A DNA stretch of 64,000 nucleotides from Macrostomum lignano (lineage: Eukaryota), in the NCBI GenBank assembly GCA_002269645.1, contig NIVC01001498.1:1-64000 (forward strand), given 5' to 3'. Both the position numbers and the translations under genes were made by a program. How positions within the stretch are numbered: position 1 is the stretch's first letter; each line of letters begins with the position of its first letter. Shown here one piece after another: positions 61,701-64,000 of this stretch. Under the pieces are notes generated by a model, which was not told the DNA's origin, did no database searches, and saw only the letters and a list, made by a program, of their open reading frames with translations.

Positions 61701-64000
61701 ACAGTGGCAGGCAGACACATTCACCGAGACAGTGGCAGAGACACATTCACCGAGACAGTGGCAGGCAGACACATTCACCGAGACAGTGGCAGACACATTC
61801 ACCGAGACAGTGGCAGACACATTCACCGAGACAGTGGCAGACACATTCACCGAGACAGTGGCAGACACATTCACCGAGACAGTGGCAGACACATTCACCG
61901 AGACAGTGGCAGACACATTCACCGAGACAGTGGCAGACACATTCACCGAGACAGTGGCAGACACATTCACCGAGACAGTGGCAGACACATTCACCGAGAC
62001 AGTGGCAGAGACACATTCACCGAGACAGTGGCAGACACATTCACCGAGACAGTGGCAGGCAGACACATTCACCGAGACAGTGGCAGGCAGACACATTCAC
62101 CGAGACAGTGGCAGGCAGACACATTCACCGAGACAGTGGCAGGCAGACACATTCACCGAGACAGTGGCAGACAGACACATTCACCGAGACAGTGGCAGGC
62201 AGACACATTCACCGAGACAGTGGCAGACAGACACATTCACCGAGACAGTGGCAGACACATTCACCGAGACAGTGGCAGGCAGACACATTCACCGAGACAG
62301 TGGCAGAGACACATTCACCGAGACAGTGGCAGGCAGACACATTCACCGAGACAGTGGCAGAGACACATTCACCGAGACAGTGGCAGGCAGACACATTCAC
62401 CGAGACAGTGGCAGGCAGACACATTCACCGAGACAGTGGCAGACACATTCACCGAGACAGTGGCAGGCAGACACATTCACCGAGACAGTGGCAGACACAT
62501 TCACCGAGACAGTGGCAGACACATTCACCGAGACAGTGGCAGACACATTCACCGAGACAGTGGCAGACACATTCACCGAGACAGTGGCAGACACATTCAC
62601 CGAGACAGTGGCAGACACATTCACCGAGACAGTGGCAGACACATTCACCGAGACAGTGGCAGACACATTCACCGAGACAGTGGCAGACACATTCACCGAG
62701 ACAGTGGCAGACACATTCACCGAGACAGTGGCAGACACATTCACCGAGACAGTGGCAGGCAGACACATTCACCGAGACAGTGGCAGGCAGACACATTCAC
62801 CGAGACAGTGGCAGGCAGACACATTCACCGAGACAGTGGCAGGCAGACACATTCACCGAGACAGTGGCAGACACATTCACCGAGACAGTGGCAGGCAGAC
62901 ACATTCACCGAGACAGTGGCAGACAGACACATTCACCGAGACAGTGGCAGGCAGACACATTCACCGAGACAGTGGCAGGCAGACACATTCACCGAGACAG
63001 TGGCAGGCAGACACATTCACCGAGACAGTGGCAGGCAGACACATTCACCGAGACAGTGGCAGGCAGACACATTCACCGAGACAGTGGCAGGCAGACACAT
63101 TCACCGAGACAGTGGCAGGCAGACACATTCACCGAGACAGTGGCAGGCAGACACATTCACCGAGACAGTGGCAGGCAGACACATTCACCGAGACAGTGGC
63201 AGGCAGACACATTCACCGAGACAGTGGCAGACACATTCACCGAGACAGTGGCAGACACATTCACCGAGACAGTGGCAGACACATTCACCGAGACAGTGGC
63301 AGACACATTCACCGAGACAGTGGCAGAGACACATTCACCGAGACAGTGGCAGACACATTCACCGAGACAGTGGCAGAGACACATTCACCGAGACAGTGGC
63401 AGGCAGACACATTCACCGAGACAGTGGCAGGCACACATTCACCGAGACAGTGGCAGGCAGACACATTCACCGAGACAGTGGCAGGCAGACACATTCACCG
63501 AGACAGTGGCAGGCAGACACATTCACCGAGACAGTGGCAGGCAGACACATTCACCGAGACAGTGGCAGACAGACACATTCACCGAGACAGTGGCAGGCAG
63601 ACACATTCACCGAGACAGTGGCAGGCAGACACATTCACCGAGACAGTGGCAGGCAGACACATTCACCGAGACAGTGGCAGGCAGACACATTCACCGAGAC
63701 AGTGGCAGGCAGACACATTCACCGAGACAGTGGCAGGCAGACACATTCACCGAGACAGTGGCAGGCAGACACATTCACCGAGACAGTGGCAGGCAGACAC
63801 ATTCACCGAGACAGTGGCAGGCAGACACATTCACCGAGACAGTGGCAGGCAGACACATTCACCGAGACAGTGGCAGGCAGACACATTCACCGAGACAGTG
63901 GCAGACAGACACATTCACCGAGACAGTGGCAGGCAGACACATTCACCGAGACAGTGGCAGGCAGACACATTCACCGAGACAGTGGCAGGCAGACACATTC
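46745..64000. repeat. Satellite array of 24-bp (GACACATTCACCGAGACAGTGGCA) and 28-bp (+GGCA) units, at least 17.2 kb, continuing beyond the window
   Basis: Continuous tandem array of about 650 units, with a divergent left edge and a homogeneous interior. Confidence 0.98.

Noticed and set aside
46709-63494. Many RHIHRDSGRQTHSPRQWQ / CHCLGECV ORFs resembling His- or Cys-rich repeat proteins
   Set aside because: They are simple translations of the 24/28-bp satellite. The frame wanders with unit length and there are no splice signals or unique sequence.
46745-64000. GACAGTG in each satellite unit as a RAG/Transib RSS heptamer (CACAGTG)
   Set aside because: Only a 6/7 match, the critical CAC is missing, and there is no nonamer at 12 or 23 bp spacing.

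Overview
Eukaryotic genomic window from an invertebrate animal. GC-rich exons separated by minisatellite-filled introns suggest a flatworm such as Macrostomum; this is inferred, not verified. It contains: (1) a complete 3-exon Salvador/SAV1 Hippo-pathway gene (+, 4183-6201); (2) a long spastizin/ZFYVE26 (SPG15) gene (+, at least 21 exons, 8263-41211, about 2,620 codons), whose C-terminal part is not found in the window and which appears to carry an inserted DUF547-like domain that I do not recall in human spastizin; (3) a 3-exon orphan class A GPCR nested antisense in ZFYVE26 intron 19; (4) a hAT-type MITE with a perfect 8-bp TSD, and two tRNA-headed SINEs lying tail to tail, one with a MIR-like CORE domain; (5) about 30 tandem arrays, with one or more in every long ZFYVE26 intron, ending in a 24/28-bp satellite of at least 17 kb that runs off the window. 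Exon boundaries were derived by hand from GT/AG sites, phase continuity and remembered homology to human proteins. Most long ORFs in the supplied track are artefacts of the repeats.
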